In this document: piece after piece, positions 20,533 through 30,637 of the stretch | How positions within the stretch are numbered: the first letter of the stretch is position 1 | Layout of the letters: each line of letters opens with the position of its first letter | Assembly (NCBI GenBank): GCA_963691875.1 | Contig: OY829846.1 | Coordinates: 1,056,001-1,120,000 of the forward strand | Origin: Aureliella sp. | GTDB taxonomy: Bacteria > Planctomycetota > Planctomycetia > Pirellulales > Pirellulaceae | Direction: 5' to 3' | DNA length: 64,000 nucleotides | Notes under the pieces: model-generated | What the model was told of the DNA's origin: nothing | What the model saw: the letters and a program-made list of their open reading frames with translations, nothing else | Database searches by the model: none | Position numbers and translations under genes: made by a program

Positions 20533-21900
20533 ATGAAAACAATTATTGAGCCCTTCCGTATCAAAGCGATCGAACCGATCCGGATGACGACTCGCGACGA
20601 ACGTGAACAGTTGATTCGCGAGGCCAACTTCAATCTCTTTGCTCTAGATTCTGACGACGTCCTGATTGACCTGCTGACAGACAGCGGAACGGGCGCCATG
20701 AGCTCGGCACAGTGGTCGGCCATGATGAGCGGCGATGAAAGTTACGCAGGCTCTCCGTCCTTTTTTCGCTTTGAATCGGCAGTCAGAAACTTGATGCCAT
20801 TCAAGCACATCATTCCGACTCATCAGGGACGAGCTGCAGAAGCAATTCTTTGTTCGATCCTGGCTGGACCGGGCAGGCAGATCCCGAACAATACGCACTT
20901 TGATACCACCCGGGGAAACATCGAAGCATCGGGGGCGGTTGCGGTTGATTTATTGATCGACGAAGGCAAGGATCCGAACTCGCAGCATCCATTCAAAGGA
21001 AACATGGATCTGGTCAAGTTGCGAAACTTCTTGGAGGAAAATGCGGATTCAATTCCTTGCGTGCTGCTCACGATCACGAATAACGCTGGCGGCGGACAGC
21101 CAGTCAGCTTGGAAAACATTCGCGCGGCCTCCGAGCTGGCGCGTGAGTTTGAGAAGCCCTTTGTGATCGATGGATGCCGTTTCGCAGAGAACGCTTGGTT
21201 CATCAAGGAACGAGAACCGGAACAAGCCAATCGCTCGATCACTGGCATTGTGCGTGATTGCTTTGCGACCGCCGACATGATGACCATGAGCGCGAAAAAG
21301 GATGCGTTTGGCAACATCGGTGGTTGGCTTGCACTCAATGATGACGCTTTGGCAGATGAAGCCCGCGCCCACCTAATTCGCACAGAAGGCTTTCCCACTT
21401 ATGGCGGCATGGCAGGTCGCGATCTCGAGGCACTTGCCCAAGGCTTGACCGAAATCGTCGATGAAAACTACCTGCGATACCGCGTACGAACTAACTCTTA
21501 CATCTCAGAACGCTTGATGGCGCTGGGCATTCCGATGGTGCAACCTGCTGGCGGCCACGCCGTCTTTATTGATGCGAGAGCATGGCTGAGTCACATTGAT
21601 CCACTTCAGTATCCCGGCCACTCACTGACCGTCGAACTCTATCGACATGGGGGCATTCGCGGTTGCGAGATTGGTACGGTCATGTTCGGAAAACAACCGG
21701 ATGGATCGGAAAAGCCAGCCATGATGGACTTGGTGCGACTTGCCTTTCCCCGACGAACCTACACTCAGGCCCACGCTGACTATTTGATCGAAGTGTTCGA
21801 AGAGCTCTCCGAGCGAAAAGATGACTTGCGAGGTTACAGGATCACCAGCGAGCCGAAACTGATGCGGCATTTCACCTGCAAGTTCGAGCCATTAGCCTAG
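20533..21900 (+). CDS. tnaA: Tryptophanase (beta-eliminating lyase)
   Basis: EPFRIK, DLLTDSGT, PTHQGRAAE and HFDTT. PLP motif MSAKKD and C-terminal RHFT are TnaA-type, unlike MSGKKD/RFFT of tyrosine phenol-lyase. Confidence 0.9.
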   Translation: MKTIIEPFRIKAIEPIRMTTRDEREQLIREANFNLFALDSDDVLIDLLTDSGTGAMSSAQWSAMMSGDESYAGSPSFFRFESAVRNLMPFKHIIPTHQGRAAEAILCSILAGPGRQIPNNTHFDTTRGNIEASGAVAVDLLIDEGKDPNSQHPFKGNMDLVKLRNFLEENADSIPCVLLTITNNAGGGQPVSLENIRAASELAREFEKPFVIDGCRFAENAWFIKEREPEQANRSITGIVRDCFATADMMTMSAKKDAFGNIGGWLALNDDALADEARAHLIRTEGFPTYGGMAGRDLEALAQGLTEIVDENYLRYRVRTNSYISERLMALGIPMVQPAGGHAVFIDARAWLSHIDPLQYPGHSLTVELYRHGGIRGCEIGTVMFGKQPDGSEKPAMMDLVRLAFPRRTYTQAHADYLIEVFEELSERKDDLRGYRITSEPKLMRHFTCKFEPLA

Positions 21901-22073
21901 CAGTGCTTTTCCGTCTTCAATCATAGCGATCGCGAGGAACCTGCGGTGAAAAATCGTCGCCGCCTAGATTTCACATGCATCGATCTTGTCCTCCGCCGGA
22001 GCGAGTACCCTTGGCTAATAGCCTTAGAAATGGACAGTCATTTCTTTTAAAACTTCTTAGAGGCTGAGACAAA

Positions 22074-22199
22074 ATGCAAGAAGGATTAGGCGAGAAGCGA
22101 AATGCGAGTCCCTTGGACTCCACTTTGGTCCGATTTGTACTCTCGCTTCAATTTGTCATTACAGCGGTGATTCTCGTCTGTCTGCTACATCTACTTTAA
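22074..22199 (+). CDS. Possible 41-aa single-TM small protein
   Basis: MQEGLGEKRNASPLDSTLVRFVLSLQFVITAVILVCLLHLL, with GAGG upstream of the ATG. Confidence 0.35.
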   Translation: MQEGLGEKRNASPLDSTLVRFVLSLQFVITAVILVCLLHLL

Positions 22200-22349
22200 A
22201 GCAGGCTCCCCCCGTTGCTGCTGCGTTCCTAGCTGTGCCCGGCGCGTTGCTTGCAGGAGTTCCCTTTCCGCACGCAAGCCCCAGGCTAAGGCGGCGTTTC
22301 CCAGTGCTCTTCAGTCAATGCACGCTAAGCTAGTAATCCAGTCTAGCGA

Positions 22350-23528
22350 CTAGCGTCGATAACGACTGAAGTCAAACTGCTGATTCGCAGACATCGCTGA
22401 AGCCTTGTAGGCGGGTGGCTGGGAGAACACAGGTGGTGAATTTGTAGCAGCCGGAGAAGAAAATGATGCAGAGCGACCAAAGGGCACAGCTTGCTGCCTT
22501 CCATAACTCAGCCCAGCATTAGGAGCTGCATAACCGCCTGGGAGGCCTGGCGGTACACTGCCGGAAGTCGCGCCGCTCAGCGGAGGACTGGAGGATGGTG
22601 AGCCGCTCAACGGTAAAGTCGCACCTGCGATATTGACGGTCACAAGGCCACGCGAGTCGGGCATAACAAAACTATCCACTGCTCCGGTATCCTGGTTGAT
22701 CAAATAGAAACCGACCTCCACAGTGAAGCTAATCGGCGGATTGCCAGCGGGCAACAGCTGGATGATTGCCTTGCGGGGCAAACTGTAGTCGACACTGGAA
22801 TGATACTCGTGTCCAGACATTTTGGACTGAGCAATTAATCGCTTCGTGTGATCGTACAGCAGCGTCTCTTCGATCACTCCCGTACGTCGGTTAATTCGGA
22901 TGTGCCGCCGGTAGACGTTCTGCGGGTTATTTCCGCCAACGATGGTAGTGCGGATTTCTAACTGGTCATTGGGCAACAAGAAGGGACCTTCATGTTGAAG
23001 AGTGGGATCGAGTTCAATCACGCCCATCGCCTCACGCAACCACAGAGGGGAGACCGGAAGAATCGTCCTCGGTCCCTGCTGCCTATTGAATTCGTCATGG
23101 CGCGCATAGTACAGCGAAGGCGGCGAAGGGACCTGTGTCTGCAACCAGAACATCTCTTCGTTACTGCCGGCTGACAAAGCGGTTCCCAAGAATGGCAGGC
23201 TAGCTTCCAGCTTGAAATTGTAGGGTCGCTCCCACTTGATATGCCCGTTCAGACTGGTGGGCATGTCCGGGCCGCTTACGGTCAGATTGTCGGACTGCAG
23301 TCGCGTGATCCGCAGACTGCGGTTCACGCGATCTACGATTTGGGGGAGAGTCGGATCCTGCTGGAATACTTGCGGCGGCGGAAACTGCACTGTTTGTCTA
23401 CGCCTCAGTAGTGAACACCCACTAAACGGCATCACGCATGCGACAACGGCGAGCAACACGAGAACCCGAGCGATGGAAGAAGCGGCAAAAGACTGGTTTC
23501 CAACGTTATGTCCTTGTATTATCCGCAC
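22350..23528 (-). CDS. Putative lipoprotein, hypothetical
   Basis: Hydrophobic stretch ending in lipobox-like FSGC, a globular core (GSNEEMFW, PVSPLWLREAMG) and a low-complexity tail. Confidence 0.75.
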   Translation of the reverse strand: MRIIQGHNVGNQSFAASSIARVLVLLAVVACVMPFSGCSLLRRRQTVQFPPPQVFQQDPTLPQIVDRVNRSLRITRLQSDNLTVSGPDMPTSLNGHIKWERPYNFKLEASLPFLGTALSAGSNEEMFWLQTQVPSPPSLYYARHDEFNRQQGPRTILPVSPLWLREAMGVIELDPTLQHEGPFLLPNDQLEIRTTIVGGNNPQNVYRRHIRINRRTGVIEETLLYDHTKRLIAQSKMSGHEYHSSVDYSLPRKAIIQLLPAGNPPISFTVEVGFYLINQDTGAVDSFVMPDSRGLVTVNIAGATLPLSGSPSSSPPLSGATSGSVPPGLPGGYAAPNAGLSYGRQQAVPFGRSASFSSPAATNSPPVFSQPPAYKASAMSANQQFDFSRYRR

Positions 23529-23532
23529 TCGG

Positions 23533-24015
23533 TTACTCTTCTGTAAAAAGCAGGTCGTTTAGCGATTCACGCAAGACGGCGATGCGATCAGGAGCAGGAG
23601 AAGCTGTTGGGACACTCCACCTTCGATCGTCCGCGTTACAAACAAGATTCCATGCCGCAGACTCGTCTTCTTCAATACTCTGCTCTTCATGCAGCACACG
23701 CCTGCGAACCAATAGCAGAGCCAGCAGATACGCAAGCTCCTCCTGCTCTGGATGCTCGAGCAACTCGGCCAACGTATCGAGCAGAACTCCATTAGGAGCG
23801 GGCCGGAGTTTTCGTTGTGCTGCCTCAGGCATGCGACTTCGCCACCAGCCGATAGTTTCTCCCTGAGGACCTTTCCACTCGCTAGCCGCAATGTCGAGCC
23901 TTTTGATTTCTTCTCCACTGAAAACAATGGTGGAGACGAAGGACTCTCCGGGCTCCAGCGGTCGTCCAGCTACAGCGCATTTGCGGCTGCATTTGTTGAT
24001 CGAATAATCTTGCAT
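23533..24015 (-). CDS. Hypothetical protein (Planctomycete-type)
   Basis: MQDYSINKCSRKCAVAGRPLEPGE..WWRSRMP..YLLALLLVRRRVL. Lies 4 bp upstream of the next gene. Confidence 0.75.
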   Translation of the reverse strand: MQDYSINKCSRKCAVAGRPLEPGESFVSTIVFSGEEIKRLDIAASEWKGPQGETIGWWRSRMPEAAQRKLRPAPNGVLLDTLAELLEHPEQEELAYLLALLLVRRRVLHEEQSIEEDESAAWNLVCNADDRRWSVPTASPAPDRIAVLRESLNDLLFTEE

Positions 24016-24218
24016 CGCTACGGCGAGTTGGGGCAAGTTGGGGTAAGTTGGGGCAAAAGCCGACAGGTAAACCTCGAATTAGCGAAATGAGACGCGAGCG
24101 GCAATGCCAAGAGCAGCTTTGCCAGCAATTGGACTGTGCTTATGCTCTTGCTAGGAGTAAGTTCTGCCTGCCAACTCGTAGCCAACGTTGCCGATGACCA
24201 ATATCACTTCGAGACACG

Positions 24219-26153
24219 ATGACCTGGAATAATTTTGAGCAATACGCCAACCAGCAGCACACCTGGCTTGAGATGGAGGGCGAGGCAGAGCGGGAACGGA
24301 TGGTTGCCAGGCGACGACTTGAACGCCGGGGAGATGCCGAACGTTCGGGCGAAACGATCGTCAATTTGCAGATGGCCGACTACCGAACGGGTCTCGCCGG
24401 CCGACTGCTCCTCGATCTGGTCAAGGCGAATGGGGAGCGAATTCCACTCAATCGACTCAAAGTCGGTTCTCCAATCGTTCTTTCCGACAATGCGGATGCC
24501 AGTGATCAAGGCATGTCGGGCGTCGTAAGCCGGCGCAAGGCACATACGATTCAGGTAGCACTTGACAATTGGCCCGAAGCCGAACGCTTCCGACTCGACC
24601 TTTCGCCCGACGAAACGACTCGTCGCCGACAACAGGCGGCGATGCGGTCCGCGAAATCGCTGACAGGCTCGCAGGCTAGGTTGCGCGATACGCTACTCGG
24701 TTTTCAAGCCCCACGTTTCGATCGGTTGCCGGAAATCAATTTTTTCTCGCAACTCAATGAACCGCAGCGTGAAGCGATCAAGTTCGCATTGTCTGCGCGT
24801 GACGTCGCAATTCTCCACGGGCCGCCTGGAACAGGAAAAACGACGACACTTGCTGAGTTAATTTATCAGACGGTTCAGCAAGGAGGTCGGGTTCTTGCCT
24901 GCGCTCCCAGTAACACGGCTGTCGACAACATGCTAGAAAAACTCGTCGACATGCTGCCACATGTGCTGCGAGTCGGACACCCCGCTCGCGTGTTCGAGTC
25001 CTTGAGGAATCACACGCTAGACGAAATCGTAGAAGCTGATCCGGCGAGCAAAATTGTCCGCGATCTGTGGCGTGATGTCGATGAACTGATGCGAGCTGCC
25101 TCGAAGCAATCGCGTTCGCGCGAGGCGAATCGTCAGCGGGGAGAACTTTACGCGGAAGCGGGCAGACTCCGCAAAGAAGCACGTGCGTTGGAGCGAAATA
25201 CGGTTCGACATATCCTTGAATCGGCCGATGTGATCTGCACGACTACAACTATCGACGACGACTTGCTTGGCAAACAAGAATTCGCCCTCGCGGTAATCGA
25301 CGAAGCATGCCAATGCACCGAACCTGCCATTTGGCAAGCCATGCTGCGGGCCCCTAAGCTTGTACTAGCCGGGGACCACTGCCAGCTTCCCCCGACTGTC
25401 GTCAGCAAGCAAGCTGCCGCAGAAGGATTTTCCAGTAGCGCGATGGAGCGTTTGATTGACCGATTTGATCAAGATGTGTTTCGACGCCTGAAAGTACAGT
25501 ACAGGATGAACGAACACATCATGCGTTTTTCGAGCGACCAGTTCTACGATGGCGATTTGGAAGCTCATGAGTCCGTGCGCTCTCACAGCCTGGCGGATTT
25601 TGCAGAAGAAAACCGAGAGAGCTCCGCGGGGCCGGTAGATGGGGCTTCGCGTCTTAACCAAGTGCTACAGTTCTGGGACACCGCGGGAGCCGAATGGGAA
25701 GAAGAGCTTGAGCCAAACGGGCTATCCAAGCGAAACCCCAAAGAGGCAACGTGGGTCCTATCTCAGGTGCATCAACTATTAAAGACGGGAATTCGCCCTG
25801 ATCAGATTGCGATCATTGCACCCTACGCAGCGCAAGTTCGGTTGCTTCGTGATCGGCTGCAACAACCAGACCTGGAGATCGATACCGTCGATGGATTTCA
25901 AGGCCGCGAAAAAGAAGTTGTTTTGCTGACGCTGGTCCGAAGCAACAGCGAAAGTGAAATCGGCTTTCTCAAAGACACCCGCCGAACCAACGTCGCACTG
26001 ACCCGAGCTAAACGAGCGCTCCGCGTGATTGGCGATAGTGCAACTCTAGCAGGGCACTCTTTCTACAAGTCGATGATCGACTACTTCGAGCAGCAATCGG
26101 CTTACCACACCGTTTGGGAGTTGTCTGAGGGGCGGGATCTACCAACTAAGTAG
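24219..26153 (+). CDS. Superfamily 1 helicase, IGHMBP2/DNA2/NAM7-like
   Basis: LNEPQ, GPPGTGKT, SNTAVDN, IDEACQ, GDHCQLPP, QYRM, TVDGFQGREKE and RRTNVALTRAK. Confidence 0.93.
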   Translation: MTWNNFEQYANQQHTWLEMEGEAERERMVARRRLERRGDAERSGETIVNLQMADYRTGLAGRLLLDLVKANGERIPLNRLKVGSPIVLSDNADASDQGMSGVVSRRKAHTIQVALDNWPEAERFRLDLSPDETTRRRQQAAMRSAKSLTGSQARLRDTLLGFQAPRFDRLPEINFFSQLNEPQREAIKFALSARDVAILHGPPGTGKTTTLAELIYQTVQQGGRVLACAPSNTAVDNMLEKLVDMLPHVLRVGHPARVFESLRNHTLDEIVEADPASKIVRDLWRDVDELMRAASKQSRSREANRQRGELYAEAGRLRKEARALERNTVRHILESADVICTTTTIDDDLLGKQEFALAVIDEACQCTEPAIWQAMLRAPKLVLAGDHCQLPPTVVSKQAAAEGFSSSAMERLIDRFDQDVFRRLKVQYRMNEHIMRFSSDQFYDGDLEAHESVRSHSLADFAEENRESSAGPVDGASRLNQVLQFWDTAGAEWEEELEPNGLSKRNPKEATWVLSQVHQLLKTGIRPDQIAIIAPYAAQVRLLRDRLQQPDLEIDTVDGFQGREKEVVLLTLVRSNSESEIGFLKDTRRTNVALTRAKRALRVIGDSATLAGHSFYKSMIDYFEQQSAYHTVWELSEGRDLPTK

Positions 26154-26506
26154 CATCAGGGCCTACCATTCCTGAGCCAATACTGGGGTTAGGGGTGAGA
26201 CCAACAGGTTGAGAAACACTCTGCTGCGCAGCTCGCGACAATTTGCTTCTGTGAGCAGTATCACCGCGAAGAGTCGTACATTTTGCGAGTCATCAGAATA
26301 GGTACGAGACCATTACGCATGGTGCGGGATTATCAACTGAAGCGGAGTTGTTCAGAGCAATTGGTTTGCTCGATGCTTGCAGGCTTTTGAGATGTATTCC
26401 CTAATAGTCAAGCTGAGAAGACAAAACAGGTAGCAACCTATTCGCAACGGAGCGACGTTGCGAATGGTCACTTACCTACAGCCGGTAGGATCTTCTATTG
26501 CGTGGA

Positions 26507-26731
26507 CTAAGATCCTTCGCCTTCGCCTTCGCCTTCACCTTCGCCTTCGCCTTCGCCTTCGCCTTCACCTTCACCTTCACCTTCACCTTCAGTCGTGCCA
26601 GAGCCATCTGCCGCTGCAGGGGTATCGCCACCGTCAGCCGCACCAGCGCCTTCTTCCTTTGCGGCACAACCGGTCAAAGTAAGACCACTAACCAAAACCG
26701 CAAAGCATGCGAACCACTTGAAAGCCTTCAT
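26507..26731 (-). CDS. Small acidic lipoprotein with (Glu-Gly)13 tail
   Basis: Signal peptide MKAFKWFACFAVLVSGLTLTG-C (lipobox LTGC) with GAGG upstream. Confidence 0.8.
   Translation of the reverse strand: MKAFKWFACFAVLVSGLTLTGCAAKEEGAGAADGGDTPAAADGSGTTEGEGEGEGEGEGEGEGEGEGEGEGEGS
26514..26591. repeat. Hexamer microsatellite (CCTTCR)13 encoding the EG repeat
   Basis: 13 tandem copies of ccttcg/ccttca. Confidence 0.95.
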
Positions 26732-27226
26732 CTTTTTCCTCAGAAATAGGAGTAGTTACCCGGATCGTGCACACCCATGTTGTGCAAGTCTGATCACGGA
26801 TTTTAGAGTTTGACGATCCAACGGCCGCTTGAAAAGCACCTGCAACCGCCTGTTCCAATTTGTTTTCTTGGAAGAGACTGCTCAGAATCGAAATTTGAAA
26901 TCAACCTGGGAAGTCTACATGGACAAAACACACTCGAACGCTCATAAGACCCGGCAAACGCTTGTCTATTCCCGAGTTCGCTAAATTTGGAAAAGAAATA
27001 CGGCTCTTGCCAGAAGTTGAGAATTTTCGGCGGGTGGTATGCACAATGTTACTCGCCGGAGAATCGCCTGGGCAGACTCTTAAGGATGTCGTCCGGACGC
27101 CCTTCTGTTCTTTTAAAATGACGCGATTTCGCACTAACCGCTCGAAAGCCATGCAGTCCGGATTGGCCACCTCTGCGTGCCCGCCTAACGAAATAGAGAG
27201 CTAGGCGGAAAGAAGGTCGTGTCTGA

Positions 27227-28258
27227 TCAGCTGAGCACGAGACGGCTCTTGGCGATTCTGCCGGAATGCATAGTTTCGAAGGCTTCCTGCCATTGGTCGA
27301 GCTTCCAGGTTCCGCCCACTATTTTTTCGGCAGGCAACGCACCACTGGCAAGAAGACTTAAGACTCGCTCCCAAGTGGCCCAAGTGTGCGAAAAACTGCC
27401 TTGAAGAGTGACATTTTTTTGGACCATCGGATCAAGCGAAAAACCCACAGGATCTTTTCCCCATCCCACTTTGCTGATCCAACCAGCTGGTCGAACTAAA
27501 TCCATTGCAGACTGAAGTGTCGCGGACACTCCTGCAGCGTCAACCACTCCTTCCACTCCCAGTCCATCCCGCTCCTTCGACCATTCGGCAGCTTCGTCGG
27601 GTGTCATCGCTCTGCAGTCGAATTCGGCCGCTAAGGCCAATCTGTCCTTGTCACGTTCCAACCCGACCAAAACCACCTCTGCACCGCGCAAGCGAGCAAT
27701 CGCGGCGGAAAGTAAGCCAATGGGACCTGGTCCGAGGACAATCACCCGATCTCCAGGCATTATGCTGACGTTTGTCGCAACGGCGCTAAACGCGACGCAA
27801 CAAGGCTCCGCCAAGGCAGCGTTCTCAAGAGGTAATTGATCGGGAACTCGATGCAGACACCGAGCGGGCACACGAACTTTCTCGGTCATTGCGCCATCCA
27901 CGCCGTACCCAAATCCCTTTCTCGTCGGATCTAGGTTGTAACGCCCAATGCGACTCATCGGATTGCTGCTATCGATTACGGCAGCGGTTTCACTGCAAAC
28001 TCGATCCCCCTCCTCAAAACCCGTCACACCGCTACCAACTCGCGCGATCGTTCCCGCAAATTCGTGGCCAAGCGTGACGGGATAATTCACAGGCCAACTA
28101 TGCTCGGCGCTCCACTGGTGTAAGTCACTGCCGCAAACGCCAACAGCAGCAACTTCAAGTAGCACATCTCCATCGCCGATTTCGGGAATCGGGATCTCGC
28201 GAAGTTCCACAGAATGGGGCTCGGGAGCGAAATTCACGATGGCTGTTTGGGTTGGCAT
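27227..28258 (-). CDS. Zinc-binding medium-chain (alcohol/polyol) dehydrogenase
   Basis: GVCGSDLH, GHEFAG, EPCCVA and GPGPIG. Start MPTQTAIV at 28258. Confidence 0.9.
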   Translation of the reverse strand: MPTQTAIVNFAPEPHSVELREIPIPEIGDGDVLLEVAAVGVCGSDLHQWSAEHSWPVNYPVTLGHEFAGTIARVGSGVTGFEEGDRVCSETAAVIDSSNPMSRIGRYNLDPTRKGFGYGVDGAMTEKVRVPARCLHRVPDQLPLENAALAEPCCVAFSAVATNVSIMPGDRVIVLGPGPIGLLSAAIARLRGAEVVLVGLERDKDRLALAAEFDCRAMTPDEAAEWSKERDGLGVEGVVDAAGVSATLQSAMDLVRPAGWISKVGWGKDPVGFSLDPMVQKNVTLQGSFSHTWATWERVLSLLASGALPAEKIVGGTWKLDQWQEAFETMHSGRIAKSRLVLS

Positions 28259-28456
28259 TGGAAGAATTCGCTTAGAGGGAAAAGGATGAGTGTGGAAAAG
28301 GCACGATTCTAACGGAAAACTCGTAGCGGAAGTCGTCTTCAGGACTGAGCAAGGGAATGGAATAGAATTACGGCGTGAGATCAACAAACCAAAATTCTAA
28401 GAGCAGGAATACCGTTTCCGTACTGGCTCGTCATCGGCCGGCGAAAGCGCGTCTGG

Positions 28457-30394
28457 TTAGTCGGTTCGCGACTCAAGCTCCTCCCAGCGCACGTAGGCTT
28501 TCGAAAGCCTGGTTTCTTGCTCCTGCAACTCGCTCTGCTTCGCAGCAATGACATCGCCAGCTTGCTTATAGAAATCCGCATCTGCCATCGCAGAGTGAAT
28601 CTCCTGAATGCCGGTCTCTAGCTCCTCGATGATTGCTGGAAGTTCTTCGAGCTCCTTGGTTTCTTTGAAACTCAACTTCTTGGGCTTTGCTTTCTGTACT
28701 GGGCTTAAATCCGCCTTCGAACCAACACCAGAAACCTCCTTTTTGTTGGACTCAACCGGCTTCGCCTTGCTGGAACCCGCAGGCGTTCTCTCGGCACATT
28801 GACGCTGCCAGTCGTCGTAACCGCCAACATATTCCAGCACTTGGAATTCATCCGCCGCTCCACCTCGCGGCTCGAAAGCGAAAATACTGGTTGCGACATT
28901 ATTTAGGAACTCGCGATCGTGGCTCACCACTAAAATCGTACCCTTGAACTCAACCAAACGCTCCTCCAGCAATTCCATCGTTTCTGCGTCCAAGTCGTTC
29001 GTTGGTTCGTCGAGCACGATGACGTTGGCGGGTTTCGCGAACAGCTTGGCGAGCAAGATTCTATTCACTTCACCGCCACTCAGAAATTGAATTTTGGTGC
29101 GAGCTCGTTCCGGCGTAAACAGAAAATCTTGCAGGTAACCCAAGACATGTTTCGTGCCTCCCTGCATCTCGATTGTCTGGTAACCATCAGCGACTTCCTG
29201 CTCGATGGTATTATCCGGATCAAGCTGTTGCCGAAGTTGATCGAAGTAGGCAATCTGCAGATTCGCCCCTAGTCGCACCGAGCCTTGATCAGGTTGAAGC
29301 TGCCCCAGCAGAACGCGTAGCAGTGTCGTCTTGCCCACACCATTGGGTCCCACAATCCCTATCTTCTCGCCTCGCATTACCGTGCATCCGAAGCCCCCAA
29401 GTATTTCGCGAGCTGCAAGAGATCGGTTGGAGGCAGACTCACTGGTTTGCGCGTCGTCTTTAACTGCATGAAAGGACTCACTAGCTTGCGCGTCCCGCTT
29501 GTATTTGAAATGAAGGTCCTGTGCTTTGAGGATCAAGTTGCCGCTGCGCATCGCCTCCTGGATGTGGAGATTGCTGGTCCCAACTTGCTCACGCCGCTCA
29601 CTTCGAATTTTTCGCAGTTCTTTCAAGGCTCGAACTCGGCCTTCGTTTCGCGTTCGTCGCGCCTTGATGCCTTGACGTCTCCAGGCCTCTTCCTCTGCCA
29701 ACTTCTTATCAAAGAGCTTCTCTTGTTTCTCGCGAGCAGCCAGGTCGGCTTCTTTGCGTTTCAAGAACGTTTCGTAATCGCAACTCCAGTCAAAAAGCTG
29801 TCCACGATCAATCTCTAGAATTCGGGTCGCCAGTCGTCGCAAGAACTGGCGGTCGTGAGTGATGAAAATGTACCCGGCGTCATAGCGATCCAGAAAATCC
29901 TCGAGCCATCGAATGGAGTCCAAATCCAGGTGGTTGGTGGGTTCGTCAAGCAGCAGTAGGTCTGGCTTCTGCACCAAAGCCCGCGCTAGTAAAACTCGGC
30001 GTTTCATTCCCGCCGACATCGCGCCGACTTGCAGGTCGGGCTGCAGGTCCATCCGAGACAAAATCTGCTCGGTCAAATGGTCCTTTTCCCAATCATCGAT
30101 ATCCTGCCCAGGAAGCGCTACGACGCCTTCGCGAACAAGCGGAAAAACTTTTCCTTGCATGTCCTGGGGGACAATCTGAGGCAGCTGAGCAATACGAGCA
30201 TCTGGATTTGGGACAACCCGCCCATGATCTGGCTGCACCATGCCGGCGATAAGTTTCAAAAAGGTCGACTTGCCAGCACCATTTCGACCAAGCAATCCCA
30301 CTCGCTGCGTTGCCTCGACGATGCAGTCCACGTCATCGAGCAACGCGGGACCTCGATAGCGTATGGTGACTTTTTCCAGGCTGACCAGCGGCAT
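28457..30394 (-). CDS. uup: ABC-F family ATPase Uup
   Basis: Two ABC domains (GRNGAGKST, GPNGVGKTT, DEPTN twice), the linker GIKARRTRNEGRVRAL and C-terminal KKLSFKE..RWEELE. Confidence 0.92.
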   Translation of the reverse strand: MPLVSLEKVTIRYRGPALLDDVDCIVEATQRVGLLGRNGAGKSTFLKLIAGMVQPDHGRVVPNPDARIAQLPQIVPQDMQGKVFPLVREGVVALPGQDIDDWEKDHLTEQILSRMDLQPDLQVGAMSAGMKRRVLLARALVQKPDLLLLDEPTNHLDLDSIRWLEDFLDRYDAGYIFITHDRQFLRRLATRILEIDRGQLFDWSCDYETFLKRKEADLAAREKQEKLFDKKLAEEEAWRRQGIKARRTRNEGRVRALKELRKIRSERREQVGTSNLHIQEAMRSGNLILKAQDLHFKYKRDAQASESFHAVKDDAQTSESASNRSLAAREILGGFGCTVMRGEKIGIVGPNGVGKTTLLRVLLGQLQPDQGSVRLGANLQIAYFDQLRQQLDPDNTIEQEVADGYQTIEMQGGTKHVLGYLQDFLFTPERARTKIQFLSGGEVNRILLAKLFAKPANVIVLDEPTNDLDAETMELLEERLVEFKGTILVVSHDREFLNNVATSIFAFEPRGGAADEFQVLEYVGGYDDWQRQCAERTPAGSSKAKPVESNKKEVSGVGSKADLSPVQKAKPKKLSFKETKELEELPAIIEELETGIQEIHSAMADADFYKQAGDVIAAKQSELQEQETRLSKAYVRWEELESRTD

Positions 30395-30637
30395 TAGGCA
30401 ATCCGTTCGGTGATTCTTTGCAGGAGAGTCCTTATTTTAGGGACGAAGACAAAATCTGATAGGACAGGACGCTGATCAGGGCCGATACAGGGTTCCGACA
30501 CGATTTAGAGTAATCGTTATTTGCCACTAGCAAGCCCATCATCATGAGCCCAATCGAGCGACATTTCAGCCGATGCAGGTCATTCGCTAGGAAAGAAGTC
30601 GATGAATGACCGCTCCTACTTGGCTGAGAGTAGAGTG

